A DNA stretch of 64,000 nt from contig JBMFSS010000007.1 of the NCBI GenBank assembly GCA_049967415.1, positions 6,629 through 70,628 of the forward strand, given 5' to 3'. The notes below the pieces were generated by a model. That model saw only the letters and a list, made by a program, of their open reading frames with translations, did not search any database and was not told the origin of the DNA. Shown piece by piece: positions 48,527-57,039 of the stretch (its first letter is position 1; each line of letters opens with the position of its first letter). The translations under genes and the position numbers were made by a program. Source of the DNA: Candidatus Limnocylindrales bacterium (GTDB lineage: Bacteria > Chloroflexota > Limnocylindria > Limnocylindrales > CSP1-4).

Positions 48527-50752
48527 GTGAGCGGTCTAGCGGGTGTGATGCCCTGGATCATCCCGATCGCCGTGCTGGTGACGGTCCTCTTTGCCCTGTA
48601 CCTGGCTCACGACGTGCTCTCGCACGACACGGGAACCAAGGCCATGCTGGACGTTGCCGACACGATCTACGAGGGTGCCGTGGCGTTCATCCGCCGCCAG
48701 TACTCCACGATCGCGATGCTCGCCGTGGTGACGGCCGTGATCATCGCGGTGGTGATCGGGTGGGTGGAGACCAAGGCCGTGTCGGACACCGACATCTACG
48801 GCATGGACCTGGGCGTGCGAACCGGGATCGCGTTCCTGGTGGGCGCCGCCTGCTCCATGGCCTCCGGCATCATCGGCATGTATGTCAGCGTCAAGTCGAA
48901 CGTGCGAACGGCCGCCGCGGCTCGCCGCAGCCTGGTCGAGGCGGTCAAGGTGGCCATGCGCGGTGGGGCGGTGTCGGGGCTCCTCGTGGTCTCCCTCTCC
49001 CTGGCCGGCGTGTGGGCGATGTTCGTGGCCTACGGCGGCTTCCAGCACCCCGATCAGGCCCCCTTCCTGATCGTGGGCTACGGCTTCGGCGCCTCCTTCG
49101 TGGCACTTTTCGCGCAGCTCGGCGGCGGGATCTACACCAAGGCGGCCGACGTGGGCTCGGACCTGGTGGGCAAGGTGGAGGCCGGGATCCCCGAGGACGA
49201 TCCGCGGAACGCGGGTGTGATCGCCGACCTCGTGGGCGACAACGTGGGTGACTGCGCGGGCCGTGGGGCGGATCTTTTCGAGTCGACCGCGGTGGAGAAC
49301 ATTGGGGCCATGATCCTCTCGGTGGGGATCTATCTGCTGGCCGTCAAGGCCGGCTGGCCCAGCCCCGAATCGTGGATCTTCTTCCCGCTGGTGGTGCGTG
49401 CCTTTGGCCTCCTGGCCAGCATCATCAGCATCTACACGTTGGGCGGCCGCGAGGACGAGGATCCCATGAACATCCTCAATCGCGGCTACTGGCTCACCAC
49501 CGCGCTCAGCGTGGTGGGGATGCTGATCGTCACCAACGTGATGATGCAGACCGGCACCCAGACCGGCGCGTCGGGGATCCCCGCCTGGATCTGGTTCTTC
49601 GGGGCCGGCCTGGTCGGCCTTGCCACCAGCATCGCCTTCGTCTACATCACGCAGTACTACACGTCCGGCGCGTTCCGGCCCGTGCGCCAGATCGCCGAGG
49701 CCTCCAAGACCGGCCCGGCAACCAACATCATCGCGGGGACCGCGGTGGGCTACGAGACCACCTTCGCCACCGCCATCGTGATCGGGATCGCGCTGCTGCT
49801 CAGCCACTGGTTCGGATCGCAGGCGAACCTGCTGAATGCCCAGGGGCAGAACATTGGCGGCATCTTCGGGACCGCGGTGGCCACCATGGGGATGCTGATG
49901 ACCTGCGCGTATGTGCTGGCCATGGACACCTTCGGCCCCATCACCGACAACGCGGGTGGCATCGCCGAGTTCTCTCGCAGTGAATCCGGTGCCCGGGAGA
50001 TCACCGACCGCCTGGACGCCGTGGGCAACACCACCAAGGCGCTCACCAAGGGCTACGCGATCGCGTCCGCCGCGCTGGCCGCGTTCCTGCTCTTCAGCGC
50101 CTACATCGACAAGGTCAACCTGATCCTGTCCCGCCAGATCGCGGCGGGCAAGCAGGGGGTCCAGCTGATGACCTCCGTGGACCTGTCCAACGTTGGCGTC
50201 TTCGTCGCGGCGCTGATCGCGGCCATGCTGGTCTACTTCTTCAGCTCGCTGGCGATCCGCGCCGTGGGGACCACCGCGCAGTCGATCATCGTCGAGGTGC
50301 GCCGCCAGTTCCGCGAGATGCCGGGCATCATGGACTACACCCAGCGCCCGGACTACGCGCGGGTCGTGGATATCACGACGCGGGCCGCACTTCGCGAGAT
50401 GGTGGCCCCGGGCGCGGTGGCGATCCTGACCCCCATCATCGTGGGACTGCTGCTGGGCTACCAGGCCGCGGCCGGCCTGCTCATGGTGGGGACCATCGCC
50501 GGTGTGATGTTGGCCTCGGTCCTCAACAACGGCGGCGGCGCGTGGGACAACGCCAAGAAGTACATCGAGTCGGGGCACCTCACCGACGCCGACGGCAACG
50601 TGCTGGGGAAGAAGACGCCGGCGCACGCCGCGGCCGTGGTGGGCGACACCGTGGGGGATCCGTTCAAGGACACGGCGGGTCCTTCGCTGCACGTCCTGGT
50701 CAAGCTCCTGGCCACCCTGACCCTGGTCTTTGCCCCGCTCTTCATCCGCTGA
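48527..50752 (+). CDS. hppA: membrane-bound proton/sodium-translocating pyrophosphatase
   Basis: About 740 aa, 16 TM helices. Signature GGIYTKAADVGSDLVGKVE, DNVGDCAGRGADLFES, DNAGGIAE, DTVGDPFKDT. Start GTG at 48527 or ATG at 48548, downstream of GGGAGG. Confidence 0.9.
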   Translation: MSGLAGVMPWIIPIAVLVTVLFALYLAHDVLSHDTGTKAMLDVADTIYEGAVAFIRRQYSTIAMLAVVTAVIIAVVIGWVETKAVSDTDIYGMDLGVRTGIAFLVGAACSMASGIIGMYVSVKSNVRTAAAARRSLVEAVKVAMRGGAVSGLLVVSLSLAGVWAMFVAYGGFQHPDQAPFLIVGYGFGASFVALFAQLGGGIYTKAADVGSDLVGKVEAGIPEDDPRNAGVIADLVGDNVGDCAGRGADLFESTAVENIGAMILSVGIYLLAVKAGWPSPESWIFFPLVVRAFGLLASIISIYTLGGREDEDPMNILNRGYWLTTALSVVGMLIVTNVMMQTGTQTGASGIPAWIWFFGAGLVGLATSIAFVYITQYYTSGAFRPVRQIAEASKTGPATNIIAGTAVGYETTFATAIVIGIALLLSHWFGSQANLLNAQGQNIGGIFGTAVATMGMLMTCAYVLAMDTFGPITDNAGGIAEFSRSESGAREITDRLDAVGNTTKALTKGYAIASAALAAFLLFSAYIDKVNLILSRQIAAGKQGVQLMTSVDLSNVGVFVAALIAAMLVYFFSSLAIRAVGTTAQSIIVEVRRQFREMPGIMDYTQRPDYARVVDITTRAALREMVAPGAVAILTPIIVGLLLGYQAAAGLLMVGTIAGVMLASVLNNGGGAWDNAKKYIESGHLTDADGNVLGKKTPAHAAAVVGDTVGDPFKDTAGPSLHVLVKLLATLTLVFAPLFIR

Positions 50753-50818
50753 CCGTCAAGCCGGGGCGGCCGTGCACGGGCGCGGTCGTCCCGCTCGGAG
50801 CTTCGCTCGGGAAACGCC

Positions 50819-51646
50819 ATGCCGCTCCTGCTCCAGGCGCTGGTCATCGGGATCCTGCAGGGCCTGACCGAGTTCCTGCCCGTCTCCTCGTCGGCCCACC
50901 TGATCGTGGTGCCACAGTTCCTGGGCTGGAAGGATCCGTTCCTCAACAGCGCGAGCTTCGACGTGATGCTCCACGCCGGTACGCTGATCGCGTTGCTGCT
51001 CTATTTCTGGAGTGACCTGCTGCAGCTGCTGGCGGCCTGGGTGGCATCCCTGCGCGAGCAGCGGATCGGCGCCGACCCCGACCGCCGGCTGGCGTGGTTG
51101 ATCCTGGTCACCATGCTCCCCGGCGCCCTCCTGGGGGTGGCCTTCGAGAGCCTTTTCGACATGTTCTTCCGGGACCACATCATCCTGGTCGCGGTCTTCC
51201 TCGCGCTGGGCGCCGGCATCCTCTGGCTGGCGGAGCAACTCGCGTTCCTCCAGCGCGGCCTTGACGATGTCACGGTCCGCGATGCCATCGTGATCGGGGT
51301 TGCGCAGGCCTTCGCGCTCTTCCCGGGGTTCAGCCGCTCGGGGATGACCATCGCGGCCGGGCTTTACACCGGGCTCCCGCGCGAGGCGGCGGCCCGGTTC
51401 TCGTTCCTGATGGGAACGCCGATCATCGCCGGCGCCGCCGCCTGGAAGGCCCGCGAGCTGCTGCAGAGCGGCCTCCCCGCGGCCGACCGATTGCCCCTCC
51501 TGGCGGGGATGCTGGGCGCCGCTGCGGCTGGGCTGATCGCCATCGCAGCGCTCCTGGCATACCTGCGCCGCAACACCACGCGCCCGTTCATCGCCGAACG
51601 GCTCCTCTTGGCGGGGGTGGTGGTGGTCTTCGTCCTGGCGCGCTGA
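50819..51646 (+). CDS. uppP: undecaprenyl-diphosphate phosphatase
   Basis: ILQGLTEFLPVSSSAHL and FSRSGMTI signature (BacA/UppP). Confidence 0.9.
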   Translation: MPLLLQALVIGILQGLTEFLPVSSSAHLIVVPQFLGWKDPFLNSASFDVMLHAGTLIALLLYFWSDLLQLLAAWVASLREQRIGADPDRRLAWLILVTMLPGALLGVAFESLFDMFFRDHIILVAVFLALGAGILWLAEQLAFLQRGLDDVTVRDAIVIGVAQAFALFPGFSRSGMTIAAGLYTGLPREAAARFSFLMGTPIIAGAAAWKARELLQSGLPAADRLPLLAGMLGAAAAGLIAIAALLAYLRRNTTRPFIAERLLLAGVVVVFVLAR

Positions 51647-51759
51647 CGGCGGCGCATCGCGGGCCGTGCGGGGGGATGCCGAAGACCGGATGCGGCGCCC
51701 CGTCAAGCGGCACTGGCGGCCGCTGTGAACGGCAGTGGCGGCCGCCCGTCGGCTGCGCT

Positions 51760-51789
51760 TTGACAGGGCCATTGGCGGCGCCCTAGAAT
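51760..51789 (+). promoter_or_regulatory. sigma-70-type promoter TTGACA-N18-TAGAAT upstream of greA
   Basis: Consensus -35 at 51760-51765 and near-consensus -10 at 51784-51789, in the 218-bp uppP-greA intergenic region. Followed by a perfect tandem 12-mer in the leader. Confidence 0.5.
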
Positions 51790-51864
51790 CCGGCGCTGGT
51801 CGGAACTCCTGACGTGCGCCAGGGCGTGCGCCAGGGGTTCTTTCTCTTGCAGCCTGTCATCCCA

Positions 51865-52341
51865 ATGGAGCGGTCTGTGAACAACAAGCCCGGTTACCTG
51901 ACCCACGATGGGCTCGAGAAGCTGCGCGCTGAGCTCGACCACCTGGTCAACGTCCGTCGTGCGGAGGTCGCGGCCCGGATCCACGATGCCAAGGAGCACG
52001 GTGACCTGGCGGAGAATGCCGAATACGAGGACGCCAAGAACGAGCAGGCGTTCGTGGAGGGCCGCATCCAGACCGTGGAGACGCTCATCCGCAACGCCGT
52101 CCTGATCGACGAACACCACTCGACGGAGCACGTCCAGATCGGCTCCACCGTGGTGGTGGACTCGCCGGATGGTCACGAGACGTTCCACATCGTGGGCTCC
52201 GCAGAGGCCGACCCCGAGGCCGGTCGCATCTCCAACGAGTCGCCGGTCGGACGCGCGCTGCTCGGCCACCGGAAGGGCGAGAAGGTCGTCGTGCACGTCC
52301 CCAGCGGAGACTTCACGTACGAGATCCAGGAGATCGACTGA
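51865..52341 (+). CDS. greA: transcription elongation factor GreA
   Basis: MERSVNNKPGYLTHDGLEKLRAELDHL... coiled-coil, C-terminal FKBP-like GSTVVV...GEKVVVHVPSG. Start at internal ATG 51865 of the track ORF. Confidence 0.9.
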   Translation: MERSVNNKPGYLTHDGLEKLRAELDHLVNVRRAEVAARIHDAKEHGDLAENAEYEDAKNEQAFVEGRIQTVETLIRNAVLIDEHHSTEHVQIGSTVVVDSPDGHETFHIVGSAEADPEAGRISNESPVGRALLGHRKGEKVVVHVPSGDFTYEIQEID

Positions 52342-52368
52342 CGGATCTCGCCACCGCCGGAGGGAACG

Positions 52369-54006
52369 GTGTACTGGGCCGATGAGCTCGCCGCGCGCCT
52401 GAGCGGCCCGCAGGTTGTCAACGACTCCAAGACGCCCTCCGGCACCGTGCACGTGGGGAGCCTGCGGGGTCCCGTGGTGCTGGACGCGATCTGGCGAGCG
52501 CTCCGCGAACGAGGGGTGCCGGTGCGCCTGCTCTACGGCGTGGACGACCTGGACCCGATGGACGCCCAGGCCCTGCTCACCCCGGACGCCGTGGAGCGCT
52601 TCATGGGCGTGCCGCTGGCGCGCGTGCCGGCGCCCGAGGGGAGCGGGGCGGCGAGCTACGCGCGGCATTTCGCCGGCCTCTTTCTGGCGACCTTCGCGGG
52701 ACTCGGGATTCACCCCGAGACCTACTGGATGAGCGAGGTCTATGCCACTGGCGCGGTGGACCCGTACGTGCGCCTGGCTCTGGACCGCGCCGACCGGGTG
52801 CGTGAGATCTACCGGCGCGTCGCCAACGTGCAACACCCGCCCACCTGGCATCCCGTCAGCGTGATCTGCGAGGTCTGCGGGAAGGTGGGAACCACCATCG
52901 TCACCGACTGGGACGGTCAGCGGGTCTTCTACGAGTGCCGTCCGGACCTGGTTGGCTGGGCCCGCGGGTGCGGACACTCGGGCTGGGTGGAGCCCTTCGG
53001 TGGCCGGGCCAAGCTGCCCTGGAACCTGGAGTGGGCTGCGCAGTGGAGCATCTTCGGTGTCACCGTCGAGCCGAACGGCAAGGATCTCGCCACCGCCGGT
53101 GGATCGCGCGATCGCTCCGATGCCATTGCCCGCGAGGTTTTCGAGCGCGAGCCGCCGCTCAACGTTCCGTACGAGTTCGTGAACGTCGGCGGGCGCAAGA
53201 TGAGCACCAGCAAGGGGCAGGGGGCCGCCGCGCACACCATGGCCGAGGTTCTCCCCCCGGACCTGCTGCGCTTCCTCTTCCTCCGCCACCGGCCCACGCA
53301 CGCCATTGACTTCGACCCGTCGGGGGAGACCATTCCGCGCCTCTTCGACGAGTTCGACCGCGTCGCGGCTGCCACGGCGGGGCGAACGGTGAAGGGCGAG
53401 CTCCCGCCTGACCACGATCGGATCTTCGCCCTGAGCCTCCTCGACCCCGAGGCGGACGCGGTCCTGGAGGCGTCCCACTTCCGGCCCGACTTCACCCAGG
53501 TCGCGATGCTCGCGCAGATCCCGGGGGTCGATCTGGACGCACGGGTGGCGGCGGAGAAGGGGGCGCCCCTGGACTTGGCCGAGCAGGTGATCCTGGCGGA
53601 TCGCGTCCGCTCCGCACGGGCCTGGCTGGAGGCGTACGCGCCGGACCGGGCACGGGTGGCAGTCCGCGACCAGCTCCCCGAGGAGGCGCGCCACGGCCTG
53701 GCGGAGGAGCAGCGGGCCTTCCTGGGTGCCCTGGCACTGGCCGCGGAGGTGTCTCGCCCGGGCTCCGGCGACGCCTGGCAGGACCTCATCTTCCGCGTGG
53801 CCGAGGAGGCGGCGCTGCCGGCGGGCCGGGCCTTCGCGGCCATCTATCTCGCGTTCCTCGGACGGACCAGCGGGCCGCGCGCCGGCTGGCTGCTGGCCGC
53901 GCTGGAGCGCGAGTTCACCATCGAGCGACTGCGCGGCGCGGCGGGCTGGGGCCCCGAACCGGAGGGTGAGGGATTCCCGGACCCGGCAGAGGAGGGGACC
54001 GTATGA
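52369..54006 (+). CDS. lysS: class I lysyl-tRNA synthetase
   Basis: HVGS (HIGH-like) at PSGTVHVGSLRG, KMSTSKG (KMSKS), zinc-binding CEVCGKVGT...CGHSG. Class I LysRS architecture (LysRS-I/archaeal type). GTG start. Confidence 0.85.
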   Translation: MYWADELAARLSGPQVVNDSKTPSGTVHVGSLRGPVVLDAIWRALRERGVPVRLLYGVDDLDPMDAQALLTPDAVERFMGVPLARVPAPEGSGAASYARHFAGLFLATFAGLGIHPETYWMSEVYATGAVDPYVRLALDRADRVREIYRRVANVQHPPTWHPVSVICEVCGKVGTTIVTDWDGQRVFYECRPDLVGWARGCGHSGWVEPFGGRAKLPWNLEWAAQWSIFGVTVEPNGKDLATAGGSRDRSDAIAREVFEREPPLNVPYEFVNVGGRKMSTSKGQGAAAHTMAEVLPPDLLRFLFLRHRPTHAIDFDPSGETIPRLFDEFDRVAAATAGRTVKGELPPDHDRIFALSLLDPEADAVLEASHFRPDFTQVAMLAQIPGVDLDARVAAEKGAPLDLAEQVILADRVRSARAWLEAYAPDRARVAVRDQLPEEARHGLAEEQRAFLGALALAAEVSRPGSGDAWQDLIFRVAEEAALPAGRAFAAIYLAFLGRTSGPRAGWLLAALEREFTIERLRGAAGWGPEPEGEGFPDPAEEGTV

Positions 54007-55331
54007 GCATCGGTCTGCAGCGCCTGCGGGAGGATCCGGACCGGGTTCGCCAGGGAGCCATCGACAAGGGCGAGGACCCGGCGCTGGTGGATGCCGCCCT
54101 GCAGCTGGATGCGCGGCGGCGCGCGCTGCTGGGCGAGGCGGATGCCCTGCGCGCCGAGCGGAACGTCCACTCCCGGGAGATCGGTGACGCGATCCGGGCG
54201 GGCGCATCACCCCACGGACCCGAGGTGGAGGCGCTCCGGCGGTCGTCGACGGTCGCAGGCGAGCGGATCGCCGCCCTGGATGCCGAGCTGGCCCGAGTGG
54301 AGGGCGAGCTGGAAGAAGCCCTGCTCCGGATCCCCAACCCGCCGGACCCGGATGTGCCCGTGGGCGGCGAAGAGGCCAGTGTCATCGTGCGGACCTGGGG
54401 AACGCCGGCGCCCCACCGGGAGGCGCGCGGCGGTGGGCAGGACGGCTCGGCGCCCTGGACCCGGCGGCCGCACTGGGAGATCGGCGAGCAACTGGGGATG
54501 CTGGACCTGGCGGCGGGCGCCAGGATCACCGGCTCGGGCTTCCCTGTCTACCGGGGCGCCGGGGCGGCCCTCGAGCGCGCCCTGATCGACTGGTTCATCG
54601 GCGTTCATACCAGCGAGCACGGGATGACCGAAATCTGGCCGCCTGCCCTGGTCAACGCCGCCTCGGCCCGTGGCACGGGCCAGATCCCGGACAAGGAAGA
54701 CCTGATGTACGTGGTGGGCCGGGATGACCTGTACCTGGTCCCGACCGCCGAGGTCCCCGTCACCAACCTGCACCGCGACGAGATCATCGAGGCGGCCCGG
54801 CTCCCCATCCGGTACTGCGCGTACACGCCCTGCTTCCGGCGGGAGGCCGGTGCGGCGGGCAAGGACACCCGGGGGATCCTCCGCGTCCACCAGTTCGACA
54901 AGGTGGAGATGGTCCTCTTCGAGCGCCCGGCCGACTCCGGCGCGGCCCTGGAGTGGCTGACGGGTGCCGCGGAGGCGCTGCTGCAGCGTCTGGGGCTGGC
55001 CTACCGGGTCAAGCTCATGGCCACCGGAGACATGGGGTTCGTGCAGGCCAAGAAATACGACCTGGAGGTCTGGGCTCCCGGCGTGGAGCAGTGGCTCGAG
55101 GTCAGCTCGGTCTCCAACTTCCGCGACTACCAGGCCCGGCGGATGAACATCCGCTGGCGCCCGGAGCCCGGGGCCAAGCCCGAGATCCTGCACACGCTCA
55201 ACGGCTCAGGCCTCGCCCTGGCCCGCACCTTTGCGGCCATTCTGGAGGTCTATCAGCAGCCGGACGGTTCGGTGGAGGTGCCCGGGCCGCTGCGGCCCTT
55301 CCTGGGCGAGAGGATCGTCGCGCGGGGCTGA
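54003..55331 (+). CDS. serS: seryl-tRNA synthetase
   Basis: N-terminal coiled-coil arm. Class II motifs (YCAYTPCFRREAG, FDKVEMV, GSGLALARTFAAILE). ATGA overlap with lysS. Confidence 0.9.
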   Translation: MSIGLQRLREDPDRVRQGAIDKGEDPALVDAALQLDARRRALLGEADALRAERNVHSREIGDAIRAGASPHGPEVEALRRSSTVAGERIAALDAELARVEGELEEALLRIPNPPDPDVPVGGEEASVIVRTWGTPAPHREARGGGQDGSAPWTRRPHWEIGEQLGMLDLAAGARITGSGFPVYRGAGAALERALIDWFIGVHTSEHGMTEIWPPALVNAASARGTGQIPDKEDLMYVVGRDDLYLVPTAEVPVTNLHRDEIIEAARLPIRYCAYTPCFRREAGAAGKDTRGILRVHQFDKVEMVLFERPADSGAALEWLTGAAEALLQRLGLAYRVKLMATGDMGFVQAKKYDLEVWAPGVEQWLEVSSVSNFRDYQARRMNIRWRPEPGAKPEILHTLNGSGLALARTFAAILEVYQQPDGSVEVPGPLRPFLGERIVARG

Positions 55332-55376
55332 CTTCGGCTCGGCGGCGTAGGCTGGGGGCGCCAAGGAGGTGCCCCG

Positions 55377-55865
55377 ATGCTCTCGGTCGGCGATCCGGCC
55401 CCCGACTTCACCCTTCCCGACCAGGACAAGCAGCCGGTCACCCTGCACGATCTGCGGGGCAAGCCGGTCATGCTGGTCTTCTTCCCGCTCGCCTTCAGCT
55501 CCATCTGCACCCGAGAGCTGTGCGAGCTTCGCGACGATTACGCAGCCTACGAGCGGCGCGGCGTGACGGTGCTCGGGATCAGCGTCGATTCCACTTACGC
55601 CTTGCGCGCCTGGCAGCGAGACCAGCACTACACGAACCGGTTTCTCTCCGATCGCTGGCCGGCAGGGGAGGTGGCACGGCGGTATGGCGTCTGGAACGAG
55701 ACGCTTGGCCACGCGGACCGCGGGACGTTCATTCTCGATGCCGACGGGATCGTGCGCTACCTGGTGCACAACCCGCCGAACGTGGCCCGGGACGAGGCAG
55801 CCTACCTTGCCGCGCTCGATGCGATGGGCGCAGGGCCCAGCGGGAGCCCGGGCGCCGGCGCCTGA
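55377..55865 (+). CDS. peroxiredoxin (AhpE/Bcp-like thiol peroxidase)
   Basis: AAGGAGG ribosome-binding site. PAPDFTLPDQDK...VMLVFFPLAFSSICTRELCEL (peroxidatic Cys). Confidence 0.85.
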   Translation: MLSVGDPAPDFTLPDQDKQPVTLHDLRGKPVMLVFFPLAFSSICTRELCELRDDYAAYERRGVTVLGISVDSTYALRAWQRDQHYTNRFLSDRWPAGEVARRYGVWNETLGHADRGTFILDADGIVRYLVHNPPNVARDEAAYLAALDAMGAGPSGSPGAGA

Positions 55866-55991
55866 GGGTCGCCGCTGCGGCTGGTGCCGTCTCCCGGCCC
55901 ACCCTTCCGGGGAGGGCCGAATGGGGCATGGTGGTGAGGTATCGGGGACGTTCGGCCCTGTCCGCGTGCGCGCCGGGTTGCCGACACTGCC

Positions 55992-56261
55992 GTGTCAATG
56001 GGAACGGTGACGCCCGCCCTTGCTGGTCCACGCCACGCACGGATCGAAGAGGTCTCCACGGATCACCTCATCCGGCGCATCCGGTGGAACCGTGCCGTCA
56101 AGCGCGCCCGCACGCCGGGATCGCCACTTTGGCAGGCGGCCGACGCGCGAGAGCGGCGGCTGGTGGCCGCGTTGCAGGGTCGCTTTGGCGTGACCACGAT
56201 CACGCCAGACGGACTCGACTGGCTCCTCCTGGGTGAGCGTCGGGGGGACCGAATCGCCTGA
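55992..56261 (+). CDS. hypothetical small protein
   Basis: 89-aa ORF, GTG start, composition not obviously junk (…HLIRRIRWNRAVKRARTPGSPLWQAAD…ITPDGLDWLLLGERR). No family recognised. Confidence 0.3.
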   Translation: MSMGTVTPALAGPRHARIEEVSTDHLIRRIRWNRAVKRARTPGSPLWQAADARERRLVAALQGRFGVTTITPDGLDWLLLGERRGDRIA

Positions 56262-56303
56262 CTTCGGGGCTGTCGCCTGACTTCGGGGCCGCGGAGCCGG
56301 GGG

Positions 56304-56699
56304 TCAGTCCAGGCGCTCGAGCCGGTCGACCAGCTCGCCCCGGGCACAGGCCAGTGCCGCGGCGTCCACGGTCTCGATCTCGGTGACCAGGGGCCGCAGC
56401 CCGAGACTGGCGAAGCGATCGTATGCGCCCTGCCCCATGCCACCGGCGATCAGCACCGAACAGTCCGCAATCGCCTGGGCCATGGCGTCATGGCGGGGTT
56501 GTGCGGCCGGGTCCGTGCCGTGACGTCCGGATGCGCTCTGCTCCTCGCGCGGCCCTTCAGTCATGTGCGGCGCAAACTTTGGCCGCAGCTCGCGGTTGAC
56601 GATCACGTTGTCCTCGACCGTCAGGACCGCGTAATACGGAGCCCGGCCGAAATGCTGGCTGACCGTGCGGCCGTCCTGGGTGGCGATAGCGATCTTCAT
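56304..56699 (-). CDS. NifX/NifB-family (dinitrogenase FeMo-cofactor-binding domain) protein
   Basis: MKIAIATQDGRTVSQHFGRAPYYAVLTVEDN...CSVLIAGGMGQGAYDRFASLGLRP: typical Nitro_FeMo-Co fold (MTH1175-like). AGGAGC ribosome-binding site upstream. Confidence 0.8.
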   Translation of the reverse strand: MKIAIATQDGRTVSQHFGRAPYYAVLTVEDNVIVNRELRPKFAPHMTEGPREEQSASGRHGTDPAAQPRHDAMAQAIADCSVLIAGGMGQGAYDRFASLGLRPLVTEIETVDAAALACARGELVDRLERLD

Positions 56700-57039
56700 G
56701 GACGCCTGTGCTCCTGGAACTGCGGCTGGGGAAATCCAAAACCCATCTATCGCAATCTATCGCACGCGCAGCAATGGTCGCGCAGGGCCAAGCGTCCCGT
56801 TTCCGGGGGGCCGCCGGCCGCTTGTCAGGACGGCGCGCGGATTCCATCGCAGACACCGTGGATGAGGTAGCCTGTCACCGAAACGATAGGCGCGATGAAG
56901 CTCGCGCGGCATCCCGCCCGGCGGGTGATGGCTTCTGGTCGGTGGGCCGGAAGCCATTGCTGTTTTTCCGGGCCTTCCATGGCCCCCTGCGGGTGGACCT
57001 GAAACCAGCGGTGCCGGGCGCGTTCGAGGCGACAGGAAG

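Noticed and set aside
55990-56011. Short GTCA...TGAC dyads at the start of the 89-aa ORF, and GTGTCAC repeats near 46395-46420
   Set aside because: The arms are only 4-7 bp with no extended symmetry, so chance occurrence is likely. Not reported as regulatory sites.
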